Assembly (NCBI GenBank): GCA_009914755.4
Contig: CP086569.2
Location: 14,880,001-14,944,000 of the forward strand
Origin: the human T2T-CHM13v2.0 reference genome, Homo sapiens
Length of the DNA: 64,000 nt
Reading direction: 5' to 3'
The stretch's first letter is position 1, and every line of letters starts with the position of its first letter. Shown piece after piece: positions 61,296 through 64,000 of the stretch. The translations under genes were made by a program, and so were the position numbers. The notes beneath the pieces are model-generated. The model was not told where the DNA came from. It did no database searches and saw only the letters and a program-made list of their open reading frames with translations.

Positions 61296-61987
61296 AAAGA
61301 ATGGCAGCTGTCACTATGTTAATCTTTGCATTAACGGCATGACAAGTAATGCAATCCAAGGTTGGCCTGCCTGGGGTGAATGTGTGATAGCTCAGAATGC
61401 TGGACCCCCTTGGCAGTGACCATTGTGTTGTTTAAATGGCAGAAAAAGTCAAAATATGGCAAGGTGAGAACTTGCATGTAATAAGATTCCTTCACATCTT
61501 GGAACTTTTCTGAGATGCTGAAGCTGAGGTGGCCAGGTCATTAAACAGCTCCAAAGGCTGAACCAGATTGCTTAGAAAAACCCAGTGGGAGCCTTGGACA
61601 TTTATTCACCCATTGAATAAAGGAAGTCTCATGGAATCAGAAGAGATGCACAACATTAATCTTGCAAGATACACACGTTTAAAATCTAGAAGAGACAAGT
61701 GAAGGTGAAAAAGTGACAGGAAAAATGTAAGAGAGGGACTGCCTAAAAAAAGAGTGAATGCCCAAAATAATGGATCAGTAAATAGTTGCATGGATTCAAC
61801 AAGAAATAAGCATCAAATAAAAATAAATAATGACAGAAATAGATTATAACCTGTTTAATAAAAGGACTCTATGAGCCCAGGTTATACGTTACTGTGCAAT
61901 GTCAATTGATAGAATGTAGAAGAAATGGTGGAATTAGAATATTGCTATTTCATAATGATAACTATAATAATTCATTCAAGAAATATT

Positions 61988-62258
61988 AATGCCCGGCACT
62001 TTGGGAGGCTGAGGTGGGAGAATTGCTTGAGGCCAGGAGTTCAAGAGCAGCCTGGGAAATGCGGCAAGACCTGATCTCTGCAAAGACAATTAAAAATTAG
62101 CTGGGCCTGATGACTGTCCCTGTAGTCCCAGCTACTCAGGAGGCTGAGGTAGGAGGATCAGTTGATCCTAGGAGTTGGAGGCTGCAATGAGCTATGATTG
62201 CACCTCTGTACTTCAGCCTGGGCAAGAGAGCAAGACCCTGCCTTAAAAAAAAAAAAAA
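61988..62258 (+). mobile_element. Alu (sense, older) - mirror of 33765..34034
   Basis: ccggcactttgggaggctgaggtgggagaattgcttgaggccaggagttcaagagcagcctgggaaatg... Confidence 0.85.
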
Positions 62259-62654
62259 GAGAGAGAGAGAAAAAGAAATATCAATAGATATTTGTGTACA
62301 ATATGGGTACAAATTTGACGAGGAATGTAATATTTACATGGATACCAAAGTACCTCTGTACAAAGTTCTGTTGATTACTACAGAAAAACTTGGAATACTC
62401 TGCCCTAATGAAGTGATCAAGATGGACAAGCCAGGAGACAAATCTACCACCAGACGGGATGCAGGGCAAAGAACACAGAATGACATTTGTAGTGTTCCTG
62501 CTACATATGCATAATCCAAATCTAATGATGAGCAAACACAAGAAAAAATGACGAGGCAAACTAACAGGCATGAAACCTTCAAAAACATCAAGGTCATGAC
62601 AGTCCAAGAAAGGCTAAGAGACAATTTCAGATTAAAAGAGACATCCCCCCACCA

Positions 62655-62694
<40 letters not shown>

Positions 62695-62815
62695 CAGCTA
62701 AATACAATGCATGATTCCCTATTGAATCTTTCCACTGTGAGGGACATTATGAGGACAACTGGCAAACTTTGAAGGGGATCTGTGGCAGTTAACATGCCAA
62801 GTTTTAAGTTTCTGA

Positions 62816-63264
<449 letters not shown>

Positions 63265-63278
63265 CCAATATCCTCCCA

Positions 63279-63570
63279 CTTTTTTTTTTTTTTTTTTTTT
63301 TCCCCCCGAGTGGGAGTCTCGCTCTGTCGCCCAGTGTGGAGGGCAGTGGCACATCTCGGCTCACTGCAAGCTCTGCCTCCCGTGTTCACGCCATTCTCCT
63401 GCCTCAGCCTCCAGAGTAGCTGGGACTACAGGCGCCCGTCACCACGCCCGGCTAATTTTTTTTGTATTCTTGGTACAGACGGGGTTTCACCGTGTTAGTC
63501 AGGATGGTCTCGATCTCCTGACCTCGTGATCCACCCGCCTCATCCTCCCAAAGCGCTGGGATTACAGGCG
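63279..63570 (-). mobile_element. Alu (antisense) - mirror of 32453..32744
   Basis: The T21 tail is followed by ...gagtgggagtctcgctctgtcgcccagtgtggagggcagtggcacatctcggctcactgcaagc...gcgctgggattacaggcgc. Confidence 0.9.
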
Positions 63571-64000
63571 CAATTATTCTTAAGATTAAGAGTATTTCAA
63601 AAATTTTAAAAATATATTATACATGGATTAAATCAATGAGAATTTAAAAAGATGTCAGAAAAATAAGTTTTGAATAACCAGAAATATTCTGTTAATACAT
63701 TGTTGAAAATACATATTCAGAGTCACTACAAATAACTTAGGAAACAAGTAAACCTTTATGTCTGCAGTAAAAAAAAAATACTTGCTATTCAAAGAAATTG
63801 AATTTGTTTAGGAGTGTGAATGAAGAAATATTACATTAGAGGAAAAAGTACTCTTGTTTTTTCACATTATTTTTAAAAAGGCAAGGATAAATAGCTATAT
63901 TGAAGGGACAATTATCTTCTTTAAAAATATTTTTTTCAGAGTGAGACTGTTTAATCTGATTGAGATTTTTAAAAATTGACCTGCATGTATATGGTACACA

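Overview
This window is primate (human-like) genomic DNA. It has no prokaryotic architecture. It is packed with Alu elements, an SVA, L1 elements, MaLR/THE1-type LTRs and a class I ERV pol remnant. The main structure is a large inverted duplication (palindrome). Arm 1 covers at least 32024..46305 and arm 2 covers 49710..64000 and beyond. The arms are reverse complements of each other and are almost base-identical, with a unique 3,404-bp spacer at 46306..49709. Arm 2 runs off the window, so the outer edge of arm 1 cannot be placed. Each arm carries a full-length but inactivated young L1PA-type LINE-1, six Alus, and (CTTT)n and poly(T) tracts, all mirrored. At 12489..13058 on the minus strand sits a two-exon gene. 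Its spliced product is 125 aa, starts [13 protein letters not shown] and ends [21 protein letters not shown]. From memory this matches the VCX/VCY (variable-charge) family, and specifically VCY, because the VCX acidic 10-aa repeats are absent. A palindrome with a ~3.4-kb spacer that carries VCY matches what I recall of human Y-chromosome palindrome P8, which has VCY/VCY1B and ~38-kb arms. That assignment is inference from recall and needs an alignment to confirm. Other notable repeats are a ~30-bp pyrimidine-rich minisatellite directly 3' of the gene, an AT-rich VNTR, a compound GATA microsatellite in the spacer, and a G13 run in the CpG-rich promoter. Most other ORFs in the track are repeat-derived artefacts.
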